A stretch of DNA of 64,000 nt, from positions 62,001 through 126,000 of the forward strand of contig NIVC01000093.1 of the NCBI GenBank assembly GCA_002269645.1. Direction: 5' to 3'. Shown piece by piece: positions 52,040 to 63,883 of this stretch (the stretch's first letter is position 1; each line of letters starts with the position of its first letter). The notes beneath the pieces are model-generated. The model was not told the origin of the DNA. It ran no database searches and saw only the letters and a program-made list of their open reading frames with translations. The position numbers and the translations under genes were made by a program. The DNA comes from Macrostomum lignano (taxonomy: Eukaryota).

Positions 52040-55000
52040 GTAAGTGATTTTCAAATTGCTTATAGTAGAATGCAGTTTTCCAACGGTAAGTAATCGAAAA
52101 TTCCAGAATCCGCAGCGTCGCGGCAACTGAGACATGTGTGGTTGGACGGGCTACCGGGATTTCAATGAAGACACTTTTAAAAGTTTTCTATAAACATCCG
52201 TCAACATTTTTATATGCCCACGTGCATTAAACGAGCCTAACTATTTACATAAGCTCTGTGTAGTGCCGGTGCTTTGTGCAGTAGAAAAATGAATTGCCTT
52301 CGCAGTTCAGGGCCGTAATTTGATTTTGTGGGAGTTATGGGAGCCGGGAGTTGGGATTAACTCTGCATGTACATGTATATTCGAAATTTTACCATGAATA
52401 AAAAAGCTAAAATTGACCCTACACAAGATTTGGCCCCACACAATAATTTACCAGGTTGTTACTATAGTAAAACGGAAACCTGATACCACGTTAATTAACG
52501 ATTTTATCCTACACAGGATTAAAAAATTGACTGCGCAGATTCCGATGGAGCACCTTTCTATACTCTAAAGCTTTCCTAAGACAGAATTCAGGATTTTACC
52601 ACACATGCATACGATTTTACTATAGTAACAACCTGATAAATTCGTGTAGGTGGTAAATTGCTGAAACTCTCAATTCTCGACCTACCTGACGACTTTCGAC
52701 TCCGAAATTTGAGACTAAGCATAGCATAGCATAGCATAGCATAGCATAGGAATCCACAGCATACATTCCGGGGCGCAGGCCTCCTACAACTTGCTATCCG
52801 CGACCTGTTGGTGGAGTGGGATGCAGCATGATGTCGCGCAATCTGTGTAGCTCTGAACCGGGTGCAATCAACGGCGCCCATGCGCAGGGCGTGACAGAGA
52901 CCACTGGCCCCCGTCAACGTACCCATTCCAACGTATTCACTTGTTATGAATCTGTTTTATTTGCTGTAGTTGAACTATTGCGCATAAGAAGCGCGTTGGT
53001 TTTCATCAATTTATTTGTGTTATGCTGATGCATTACAGTGCTCATGTCGATGTGCTTGACCTTAGAACAAGTCGCGGCTGCAGGATAAAATATAAATTAC
53101 GCTGGTATCTCGCTTCAATTAAACATCACGGACTTGGAATTTTATGACGTCGATCTGTAAGAGTCTATCGAGGCTGGAATTATAATTAAAGAAGCAGAAT
53201 ACATAGCAGAACCGCTCCCCTACCGTTACTCTTGTTCTTTCAGCTTTCGGGGCAATCGACTGCACCCATATGAAGATCGAGTTATGAGAGACAAGTACAT
53301 CAATCAATAGGGCTTCGATTCCAAAACTTTTCAGGCTACGTGTTCAAAGAGTTCAACAGTGTAGATGACCTGGCCTGGTTGCTTTTGATCGGTGCACGAT
53401 CATGTAAACTGACAAATCCGACGTGCTAACATTACAGCCATCTTCTTGGATGCGGTGTCAACTCTTCTGGTGTACTACTTTCAGACAGAGAGTACGGCAT
53501 CGCGCAATCCCTAATGACATCATATTTTAATCCCGAGACGGATCAACAGCAACAGTTGACAACATGATCAACTAAAGAGGCGATTCCCTATTTTGCGCTG
53601 CGGCATTCGATTGCAAGCTCTTCGTACTTTTACAAAAGTATTAGTTGTTATTTTGGACTCTAATATTCACTCTGTTAATTGTTTCTGTCACACTATATCA
53701 CGTTAAGGTGTCCGCGTAGTAAACAGAAGACCTGATTTTCAGTAGGCACACCTTATCATCTCGGATTTTTCTAGTTTTACATATCAATTTGCTTCAACTG
53801 CTTTACATATCCCACTCAATCAGTTATTATAACAAATGTTTCAAGAATAACGTAACAACAATAACAAATAAAAGATACACAGTTCTGCTTTCCGGATCCA
53901 TATTTCAGAAGGCGAAGATCAGAAGGCCCGCGATTATACGCTTGGATAATACACTAACAATTCTTGCCAATCAGAGATTTCTGGTCTCGAAGAACTGTCT
54001 TCAAAAGAATTTCATAGCTCCAAAGAACTTATTGAAAGAAAATTTTCTCGATTTTCTCGATTTTTATTCGAGACTACCAGTGACTACCAGGCCATTGAAA
54101 GACGACAAAAGGCGAAAGCAACCCAGTTCCTCCCATGTACCAGGTAATAACTATGTAATGGATATTATTGATTATTCTCCTCCCTTTCTCTCTTTCCCTC
54201 CTGTCTATTCTCTAGGGTATGAGGAACTACTCATAAAACAATCGTCTTAACAAGTGCTCCTTCGGATTGAGCCTGAGACATTTTTCTCGTCCAAGGCTTT
54301 TTACACATTGACAAATCGATCAGTGCTAAATGAGTCTCACTTCTAGGGTAGCCTCCATTAACATAACAAAAGATAAAATGTGTTGTTAAACTTTTAAAAA
54401 CTGAATCCACAGACGATATTCGCTAATACCGTTCTGTTCTGCGGTTTAAATGCCTCTCGTTCTCAAATACACTTTGAGACTTAACGCTGTTTAAATCAGT
54501 TTAATATTGCTCTTGTCATGCTATGTGAAACAGTGATCATGCAAAACAAAACGGGAACGGCCCAAAGAGTTCCATAGCGAAGCGTTTAAATTAACTCCAC
54601 ATAAACATGTCGATTTTTAATGCTATATGGAACGATTAACCAGAAAAGAACAACGATTTAAGCTTTATTTACTGGACTAAAAAAGACATTAATGAAGCAT
54701 ATTTTAAGTCGCAAGTTAAAAGCATCAAAGTTTACTAAAGATCTGCTCTTAAAACGTCTGATTTATTTTAGAAATTCGATGTCGGTTGGTGCTCTCCATG
54801 GAATCTCCACATTACGGGGACAATTTGGGCCATCCATGAAATTACCCATAAGTTCTCGTTAGCAGTGGTCTGCTAGGTGGTCGGTCTAAAAAACTCTGAA
54901 ATATTTTCTGTGTTTATAGCCACCTCTCTGGATAACAGAATGCACCAACCCGAACTCCGATGAAATTTCCATGCAAGCCGTAACGTCGGGACCCCCAGGA

Positions 55001-55883
55001 TTGAAGTGACTGGCTATATTATACTGCAGCAACAAGATTAAGCAGCACTGGGACCATCGCGTATTAAATGGACTATACCAAGTGGACCAATGAATTGGAC
55101 GATCTCTTGTTCCGATGGTAGCGCTACACTGCATGAAACCAGCCCTGAATTTGAGTGGAGGTCCAGTAGCGCTCCATCAATCAGCTAGGGAGTCCCTGGG
55201 CAAGCGTGTCGGCTGACGCTTTTCGCAAACGCTATGAAAAGTTGCTAAGCTATGGCGAACCTTCGGCGAAAAGTAGGAAAATGAATGCGTAGACTCAGCA
55301 TGATCAAGAATAAGAGCTCACAGGCATGTCTGAGAACGATGCTAACTTTTCGGAAGTTGAAGACTGCACGGAACACGCGCAGCCAACCTCGATTCCACAA
55401 ATGATCAAATGGCTTCCCTGCCTGGGAAAGCTTGGCCAAATGCTTCGGAAGAGACACCTGGATGCGTAGTCTGTGTTGGAAGCTGGTTATGACTCTGAGC
55501 ATCGTCCTCAGACATGCCTAAGAGCTCGAATGCTTGGTCATGCCGAGCCTGCGCATTCTTTTTCCTGCTTTTTAGGAATTGGCAAGATGCCAAGCCTCAA
55601 TAGCACAGGGTTTCTGTACCATAAGTTTGCAGTGTACGTCCCTGCACAATATTTGACCGCTTTTCTAATCGAGTTGGCATTGCAATGACCTTCATTAAAT
55701 TTATTCGAAATATTTATAACTACAACGGCTCAAATTATGTGCTGATTCCGAACTTCGGAACTCCGTGTTGTTTTTCTTTTAAGACCTTCACACTACGTAC
55801 TAAATATAAACTAACAGCAGAGTCATATGCAACTGATCGCTTCTTGCGTTTTACCTATTTTATTTTTCAAATAATTCAAATTG

Positions 55884-56195
55884 AGGGGTTGTAGCCTAGT
55901 GGCTTCGTTAGAGCGTCGGACTCACGACTAGAAGGTCGGACGCGCGATTCTCTACCCACTTGGAACAATTTTTGTCCTTGAGCAAGACACATGTAATTCT
56001 GGATTGCTTCAGTTCACCCAGTTGTAAAATGGGTGCCAGCATTAGCTGGGGTAATTGCAGAGGGTGTGTGTGGCGACCCCCAGTCCTTGGACTGAACAGC
56101 AGTAGGCAGCTTTCAGATGCGCCGCGCAATAGCTGCGGTTGAGCTGTCGGTTGCACATCTGGCCATTAGGGCAGGTGTAATCTATAATAAATCAA
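55884..56195 (+). mobile_element. tRNA-derived SINE, copy 3 (most complete)
   Basis: tRNA-like head GGGGTTGTAGCCTAGTGG...GGACTCACGACT...; core GTCCTTGAGCAAGACAC...CACCCAGTTGTAAAATGGGT; AT-rich tail. Confidence 0.78.
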
Positions 56196-57223
56196 TAAAA
56201 ATAGCCGCTATTGCACACACTCACGGGACGAACGTAACAGTAGAATGTACGAGCGCACATGTGTGGTATGTAACTGCGTCGGCAGAGCTGGTGCCTTAGA
56301 TTTTCAATATGTCAAATACTGGCCGAAAAGCGTCAATTCACGCCGCTCGTAACAGTGAGGAGTATGCATACGCAATATTTTTATATCACTAGAAGTTACA
56401 TAAACATACAAGATCATGATACACTGTTACTCTTATGAACATGTATTCATTTTTTAATCGAGAAGCTTAACAAAAACACATAATTCAAGCTTTCCGCAGC
56501 ATCTAGGATTCGCAGTCTCATTGGCTCTCTGAGCCGAAATTGTTGTCGCATTTTGGTCAAGCTCGTCCTACGGTTGTCACTGTGCCCTGTAGTTGGTGTC
56601 CACTGGCCACGAGTCCTAACAACACCGACACATCCTTCATCGACAGTCCACGGTGCAAGGCAGCTACGATACGCCGTCGATAACGTACAGAAATTTGCGG
56701 CGCAATTATACTTGATCTCGATCAATGAATAGACAACAAAAAAGCGTCTTTCATGATGTTCTTGCTGTTAAAAACTCAAATCGTTCCATTTCTATTCTGG
56801 TTCATCGTTCCATATAACACGGCAAATCGACTTGTCCATGACTCACTTTCTCGAGTTAATTCAAACCCTTGGCCATGGAACTGTATGGTCCTTTCCCGGT
56901 TTCCATGCCCACTGTTTCACGCAGCATACCAAAAGCTATAAAAGCCTTCGCGTCTACAGTCAGACTTTTCATATTGAGTATAAATTCGATCATTTACACG
57001 AATTGAGATGCTTAACAACTGACCAATTGTAAGTCGAGAACATCGCTCGTAGGTAAAAAGCCAAGCGCGCTCATTGGCCAGCGAATCAGATCAGAAAAGA
57101 GAAATTTAGAATTTAAATTACTGCAAAGCCTCGCTATCGGTGCTTTGCCTGACGCAAGTCAAAAGTTAAATAAAAAAACAAATTCAAGCTCAAATTATCA
57201 GACAACAAAGGTTTGACAAGAAT

Positions 57224-57961
57224 ATGACGACACTCATTCTGACGTTATTATTCCTTAATCAGCTGGTTTCAGTGCTGGCGCAGACGTGCCCTGCTCCGTT
57301 TAGCCTGGAAGGTGACAAATGCCTGTTCGTGAGCACACCGAAGAAGCACACCTGGTGCTCGGCTTATCAGAATTGCGCGTCAATCGGAGGTGAGCTCGTC
57401 AATTCGTTCGAGTCGATTCTGCTGCTAAGTGGCATGCCGATTCTTGAATGTTACTGCGTTGTGTGGCTCGGAGTGACCGACCTGGCCGATGAGAGAGGCT
57501 CCAGCAAGTCTGGCTGGCAGCGCATTAACGGAAACGGCATCCTACCTTTGAACGATACCATATGGAGCGATAATGATCCAAATTTCGGTGCGGCAGAGAA
57601 CTGCATCACGCTTGTCTCTGGCAAGATCGCCAACCAAAAGTGCTCGAAGAAGTTCGGACTGGCGTGCGAGTGGACTCCGAGTCCGACAGTCGACCCGCTG
57701 CCACCACCAACTCATGCCAATTGGCAGCTGACGGAGTTCAAGCGCAGCTTCTACCATGAGAGCACGGAGTACTGCCACACTGACCTGCTGCAGGTGAAGA
57801 ACTCAATGCACTGCGTTGCGGCCGGCATGCGTGCTGGCAACTGCAGACACGTGCTGTACAACAGCAAGCTGAGAACCTGCCGTCTTCTGCTGTTCACCGA
57901 CGCTCAGGTGGAGGAGGAGATCGAGACGAGCGCCGACTGGGTGAAGTTTTCTCTGCCCTGA
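57224..57961 (+). CDS. Secreted C-type lectin-domain protein, copy B (paralogue of 44890-45627)
   Basis: Same length (245 aa); 22 amino-acid differences by my manual alignment; 3' UTR and a short upstream motif are also shared. Confidence 0.88.
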   Translation: MTTLILTLLFLNQLVSVLAQTCPAPFSLEGDKCLFVSTPKKHTWCSAYQNCASIGGELVNSFESILLLSGMPILECYCVVWLGVTDLADERGSSKSGWQRINGNGILPLNDTIWSDNDPNFGAAENCITLVSGKIANQKCSKKFGLACEWTPSPTVDPLPPPTHANWQLTEFKRSFYHESTEYCHTDLLQVKNSMHCVAAGMRAGNCRHVLYNSKLRTCRLLLFTDAQVEEEIETSADWVKFSLP

Positions 57962-58269
57962 GCAGGATCGACGGTCGGGTCTCAACTGCGGCTGATTTCA
58001 CGACTTGATTGTCAGCGATTAACATAAACTTATGAGCAAAAATATTTACTAAACTGAGTTATTCTTTAAGTTAAATTAACACGACCACAGTACGAAGATA
58101 TCAGAATAACTTTTCCTAACTATTTAAAATACATTGAAAATTATGTCGCAAGTCTCTGCGCAGGTTTGCCCAGAGAATATCTTTTGAAAACAGGGTCGTC
58201 AGCACTCACTGATGAGCAGGCCATTGTAGCCAGCTTCCAGCAGCTGTGCAAATAAGTCTGTCTCTACAG

Positions 58270-58725
58270 ATATACGTGCCAGTCCCTCTGTAGCTGACGC
58301 CCCCCTCTGTAGCTGGTGCTCCCTCTGTAGCTGGCGCCCCCTCTGAAGCTGGCGCTCCCTTTGTAGCTGACGCTCCACTCTGTAGCTGGCGCCCCCTCTG
58401 AAGCTGGCGCTCCCTTTGTAGCTGACGCTCCCCTCTGTAGCTGGTGCTCCCTCTGTAGCTGGCGCCCCCTCTGAAGCTGGCGCTCCCTTTGTAGCTGACG
58501 CTCCCCTCTGTAGCTGGCGCCCCCTCTGTAGCTGGCGCTTCTTCTGTAGCTGGCGCTCCCTCTGTAGCTGGCGCCTCCTCTGAAGCTGGCGCTCCCTTTG
58601 TAGCTGACGCTCCCCTCTGTAGCTGACGCCCCCTCTGTAGCTGGCGCTTCTTCTGTAGCTGGCGCCCCCTCTGTAGCTGGCGCCTCCTCTGTAGCTGGCG
58701 CCCCCTCTGTATCTGGCGCCCCCTC
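58270..58725. repeat. 18-bp minisatellite, inverse of the 8897-9900 family
   Basis: Units TGTAGCTGGCGCCCCCTC. Confidence 0.9.
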
Positions 58726-59124
58726 TTTCCTGGGCCAAATAGATCATTTTGTTGCTCGAGTGACCAATGTTAGTGAAAAACCTTGAAAAAATCATGATGC
58801 AGTCACCTTCGTTGACGTATAAAAATGTCAAAGTGAATTGTGTTTTATTGTACTTAGAGAAAATGGTACCCATTGTTCTTGGAGAAGCTATTCAGATGAC
58901 GAATAAAACGGAAATATCTTGCATGAAATTTTCCTTACTCTAGGATAAATCTGAATGCCTCAAAGGGCAATAAGACTTTTTGTAAAGGAACCACTAGCTG
59001 CATACAGGAAGCAGAAACTGAACAGAATTGTATCAGAGAGAGAGAGAGAGAAATTTGCATCTTCAGTGAATAGCTGGAACGGAAATAACTACTTTTTGTG
59101 TCCCTTATTGTTCTGCATCATTTT

Positions 59125-59683
59125 GCAACCATGGCTGAGTCAAAGCTCATGGGGAGAATTGCTGAGATGTTAAGGCTCATGGGGAGAATTGCTGAGATGT
59201 CAAGGCTCATGGGGAGAATTGCTGAGATGTCAAGGCTCATGGGGAGAATTTCTGAGATGTCAAGGCTCATGGGGAGAATTGCTGAGATGTCAAGGCTCAT
59301 GGGGAGAATTTCTGAGATGCCAAGGCTCATGGGGAGAATTGCTGAGATGTCAAGGCTCATGGGGAGAATTGCTGAGATGTCAAGGCTCATGGGGAGAATT
59401 GCTGAGATGTCAAGGCTCATAGGGAGAATTGCTGAGATGTCAAGGCTCATAGGGAGAATTGCTGAGATGTCAAGGCTCATAGGGAGAATTGCTGAGATGT
59501 CAAGGCTCATAGGGAGAATTGCTGAGATGTCAAGGCTCATGGGGAGAATTGCTGAGATGTCAAGGCTCATAGGGAGAATTGCTGAGATGTCAAGGCTCAT
59601 GGGGAGAATTGCTGAGATGTCAAGGCTCATGGGGAGAATTGCTGAGATGTCAAGGCTCATGGGGAGAATTGCTGAGATGTCAA
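59125..59683. repeat. 30-bp minisatellite GCTCATGGGGAGAATTGCTGAGATGTCAAG
   Basis: Directly visible; reverse complement resembles the 31150-31912 unit. Confidence 0.95.
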
Positions 59684-60304
59684 GTCTACAAAGATGGTCT
59701 AGCAGAGGGACTTCGTTGCCGAACACCACACAAAGTTTGGTGTGGTGAGGACATGTGAAGCATATGCAAGATCTCTACAGAGTGATTTTTGCACCAGTTC
59801 CTGCGAATGAACTCCATACATTCTTACTGCATACAACTATCAGTTCACCATATAAATCTATCTTCAGAATCGACAAAAGTTTTTGACAAGTTCAACTGAC
59901 CAAATAAAAAATGGAAAGATTTGGGCTTAAACATATCTAATATATTGTCTACGAGCTAATGACATATTGTGAGCATAAACAAAACATTTATGACATACTC
60001 GTATGTATCATAATTTATAATAAATTAACTTGACCTATCCAAGATCTTAAATTTCTTACGATTTAAAAATACTTACAACATAAATACAAACACATTAACA
60101 TTTGCTTTAGTTTACTTACCGCATTCGAGTAGGAATCTGTCAATCAAACACTAGTGCGAGTATAGACTGACTATATTGTTGTTGTATGCAACAAAAAGAA
60201 ACAGCTCAAATAAAAATGCTACACTCTACAGCACGTCAATCTATTATATACACACTGTACCTTCTGCCAAATCATCTCTCAGCCTACAGGCCATAGACTA
60301 TTAG

Positions 60305-62451
60305 CTCGTGTTCCTTGTATTTATCATACACGACTATAAAACTTCTGTTGCAGCCATCGAGCGTTTTGTCTATGGTTCAGTAGGCACTTAGCCCGGTCCA
60401 TTCAACCATTTCGTTCCGTAACGGCCGGGTTAGCTAGCTATAGGAGGTGGGTGTGAGGGGATGGGATCGTATTAGGTATACATTCTCCTCCTTTTCCCAG
60501 TGTGGCTTCGCCTCGGCCTGAGAAATGCATCCTCGGACTTACTTTTCCATAGACATATTTGGAAAAAGGAGGAGAAAATATTTAACCTACTGAAAGCAAA
60601 ATACGCATCAATATCCAGTACAGTTAGTCTATGGCACAAGCTATGTGACTGACTGGCTAAAGTGTTATAAATCATCTACCTAGATGGAGCACTGAGCAGT
60701 CCATCCATTTGCATATATAATAGAACCATGGAAGACGACTTAGATCTAGTGCTACGATATTTTGAAAGTAAAGAATCCGCTGCAACGAATCCTGCTGATG
60801 GTAGTGATCGATTCGCTACGCTCTCGACTGACGAAATACAAGGGAAGCTGGACGCTGCTATCCCACCAAATACGCGAAGGAAGGAACTATGGGCTGTAAG
60901 AATTTTTGACCAGTGGTTTGAGCAGCGACACAATCGAATTCTACATGGTGATACAACTGGCCTTCTCGTGTTGAAGGAGCGTCATGAATGGAACGCTTGC
61001 GATTGGAACTATCTATTAAAGATGTTCATTCTCGAGGTGCGAAAAGTCGATGGCACTAAATACAATGCTACGACCCTTAGGGACATATTTTCCATGATGC
61101 AACACTATCTGCAGTACACGCTCAAGAAAGAACTGAATCTCTGGAAGGACGCTGCGTGCAGGGATGCAAGAATGGCATTGGATGCTGCCATGAAAGAAGC
61201 TACTAGAGAGGGCCTAGTTCCGGGGACAAATGCGTCTAGCCCAATTCCCGCAACTCTGGAGGAGGAGTTGTGGCAGAAAGGACGTCTTGCAACAACGTCG
61301 CCGAAATTACTGCTGTTTACGCTTGTGTTCTACCTTGGCAAGCAGTTCGCTTTGCGTGGAGGCACGGAGCTGCATGGTCTGAGATATAGCTGTGAGATCC
61401 AGTTGCAGCATGAAGACGGTCAAGAACTTCTAGTTTACTGTGAGAACAGAGCCACGAAGACCAACAACGCTGGCATAAAGCGACGTTTTGTTCCATTGAA
61501 AACCGTTAAAGCATCTCATACTGCTGATCATGATAGATGTCTACCCTGCATCTACAAGCTGTATGTGGACAAAAGACCGGAAAACTGTACGGTTCAGAAT
61601 TTGTTCCTGGCTTGGATGCGTAGCGATGCCAGCATCCAGCAAGGCAGGTGGTACCAAAACGCACCCGTCGGCCGGCACAGCTTGGACGGTATTGTTCGTG
61701 AATTAACGGCTCCCCTAACTGGAGTGACTGAAAGGTACACTAATCAGTCTCTACGCAAGACTTGCGCAAGTACTCTACACCGTGCTGGCTTTGCTAGAGA
61801 GGACATCGCTCGTGTTACAGGACACTCTTCGACAGCTATTGAGCGCTATATTCAGTTTGACGTACAAGACCATGTTAAAGTATCGCATGCTCTTCAATCT
61901 GGTGGTCAGTCATCAAGTCTGTCTATTGACACCGAGCCTGAACGCTCTGTTGAAGCTATGGAACAAAGTAACGTAGTGACTGCTAACCCTGCAAAGAAAA
62001 TGAGGCTTAACATCAATGGTAACACCAACACCGTTGAAATCGTTTTCGAGTGAGTGCTTACAAGACGCTTCTAAATCTTACTATTTGAACTTCCTGTTGT
62101 TGGTTTACATTTGTTAAATACAACTGTTTATAGCAGGACTGAGAACTATTTCTCAGGCCTCGTTTGGGGACTGAGAAATGGTTCTCAGTCCTCCTACAAC
62201 CGATAAATTATCATAGAAGATGTTGTTCCTCGGGAAAAGGATGAGACTGCGAAAGAGGCGAGAAATGCACTTTCTGTACGTTAACTCGTGTTCCTTGTAC
62301 TCGTATTTATCATACACGACTATAAAACTTCTGTTGCAGCCATCGAGCGTTTTGTCTATGGTTCAGTAGGCACTTAGCCCGGTCCATTCAACCATTTCGT
62401 TCCGTAACGGCCGGGTTAGCTAGCTATAGGAGGTGGGTGTGAGGGGATGGG
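60305..62451 (+). mobile_element. Crypton-like tyrosine-recombinase element flanked by 161/167-bp direct repeats
   Basis: Direct repeats at 60305-60465 and 62285-62451 are identical except for a 6-bp insertion. They enclose one YR ORF plus inverted and palindromic sub-terminal motifs. Confidence 0.75.
60728..62053 (+). CDS. Tyrosine recombinase of the Crypton/DUF3504 (KCTD1/ZMYM/QRICH1-related) type, 441 aa, intronless
   Basis: IPPNT...WAVRIF..W; FILEVRKVDG..Y; catalytic-site motifs FALRGG (R), ATKT (K), TNQSLR (QxxR in place of HxxR), TGH and ERY (Y); RCLPCIYKLY; WY.NAPVG. Confidence 0.88.
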   Translation: MEDDLDLVLRYFESKESAATNPADGSDRFATLSTDEIQGKLDAAIPPNTRRKELWAVRIFDQWFEQRHNRILHGDTTGLLVLKERHEWNACDWNYLLKMFILEVRKVDGTKYNATTLRDIFSMMQHYLQYTLKKELNLWKDAACRDARMALDAAMKEATREGLVPGTNASSPIPATLEEELWQKGRLATTSPKLLLFTLVFYLGKQFALRGGTELHGLRYSCEIQLQHEDGQELLVYCENRATKTNNAGIKRRFVPLKTVKASHTADHDRCLPCIYKLYVDKRPENCTVQNLFLAWMRSDASIQQGRWYQNAPVGRHSLDGIVRELTAPLTGVTERYTNQSLRKTCASTLHRAGFAREDIARVTGHSSTAIERYIQFDVQDHVKVSHALQSGGQSSSLSIDTEPERSVEAMEQSNVVTANPAKKMRLNINGNTNTVEIVFE

Positions 62452-62989
62452 GCAGGAGGTGTCAACGATTTCAAGCTTTCATTCATGCCTCCTGGTCTCC
62501 TCATGGTCTCCTCGGTAGGAGACACGATTCAGGTCATTCCACGGTGCCCTCAGCCCACGGTGACCTCATCCCACGGTATAGCCTCATCCCACGGTGTGTT
62601 CCAATGTACGCTCGTAGTTTGAGCTCAATTTAGCAGCAATCTAATTCAAAATAGTTTACCACAAAACAAGAAAAACTACTTTTTATGCAGTCAGGCATCA
62701 GATTTTAAGACAGACATGAACTGAAAAGAATTCACGCGTATGGAACTGCTGAGAGGGCCTGGCTCTTTACTAAGACTAACAAATACATGCATGGGAAATT
62801 TTGCAAGACTGCAGAAAAGTTAAAAAAGCTACTGTATTGCGATGATGTTGGATCTTGCAGTTGGTGATAATTCTGGATTTTCAGTTGGTGATGATAATGG
62901 ATCTTCACCTAGTTAATCTTTGCTGCGCATACTAGTGCTAATCAGCATTTGCAAGTCGTCCGTCACACGGGCCAGCTTCATCACCAGCG

Positions 62990-63720
62990 TCTCCCACGGG
63001 ACGCAGAGCTCCGGAACGAGGCTCTGAACTCAGTAGACCTGGTGCCACCTGCGCCGGTGGCCCTCTCGGCCAGGTAGCTGTCATAATTGGCCGATATTTT
63101 GCCCAGTTCGGCGCGTAGATTCTCCTCGAAATGCGACATCGATTCGTTGTCGGTGTCTCGCCGGCCTGGGATTAGCGGGATTGAATTTTTACTTCGGAGT
63201 CTTGTTCATGTGCAGAAGACTCTTATACTCTATCTCACAATCTACCTTACAGCAGGGTCTTTAGCACCAGGGGCTTTAGCACCAGGGGCGCCAGCACCAG
63301 GGGCGCCAGCACCAGGGGCGCCAGCACCAGGGGCGCCAGCACCAGGGGTGCCAGCACCAGGGGCGCCAGCACCAGGGGCGCCAGCACCAGGGGCGCCAGC
63401 ACCAGGGGCGCCAGCACTTGGAATCATTGGGAGAACAATAGAAGCGTCTAATGCTACTAATGCAGTAGTCTATCAACCTTGATGTAAAATGCTTTATTAA
63501 ATTTTTAACTTACTACTAGCATATAGAGCGCTGTAAGTAGTGGTACCAACAGCTCCTCCAGAGCCAATCGAAGACAGATAGTCCTCAAACTGCTCGTGCT
63601 GATGACGCTGCCTTGATGGCAGTGCCGGCCGGAAACTCACGGCCGGCAGTTCGGGATGATAGCGCCGACTTCCCGCCAAGACAGACCCCGATAGCTGACG
63701 CCCTTGGGCGTTCCGATAAC
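62990..63720 (-). CDS. Possible 3' exons of a minus-strand gene entering from beyond the window
   Basis: GC-rich open stretches following CAG acceptors (about 63719 and about 63167; e.g. RRDTDNESMSHFEENLRAELGKISANYDSYLAER). Exact junctions not resolved. Confidence 0.25.
63266..63417. repeat. 15-bp minisatellite GGGGCGCCAGCACCA
   Basis: Directly visible. Confidence 0.9.
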
Positions 63721-63883
63721 TGCAGTTGCTTTCCTTATTGAGTAGGAAGATTTTATGACAGTTTTATTTAAACAAGTAAACCAATTTGTGGTGTAGCATT
63801 GAGCAGGTTTTTCAGTAAGCCTATGTTTAATGAAATGACCAAACTATACGTAAGGTCTCTTCGGTAGGAGACGCCATTCAGAT

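Noticed and set aside
49100-55700. ORFs 49336-49749, 49676-49861, 53789-54250, 55405-55593 and neighbours
   Set aside because: No domain motifs or coherent exon structure recognised; probably old repeat debris.
55884-55960. A tRNA gene
   Set aside because: The B-box and acceptor stem are degenerate and the sequence continues into a SINE body shared with two other copies.
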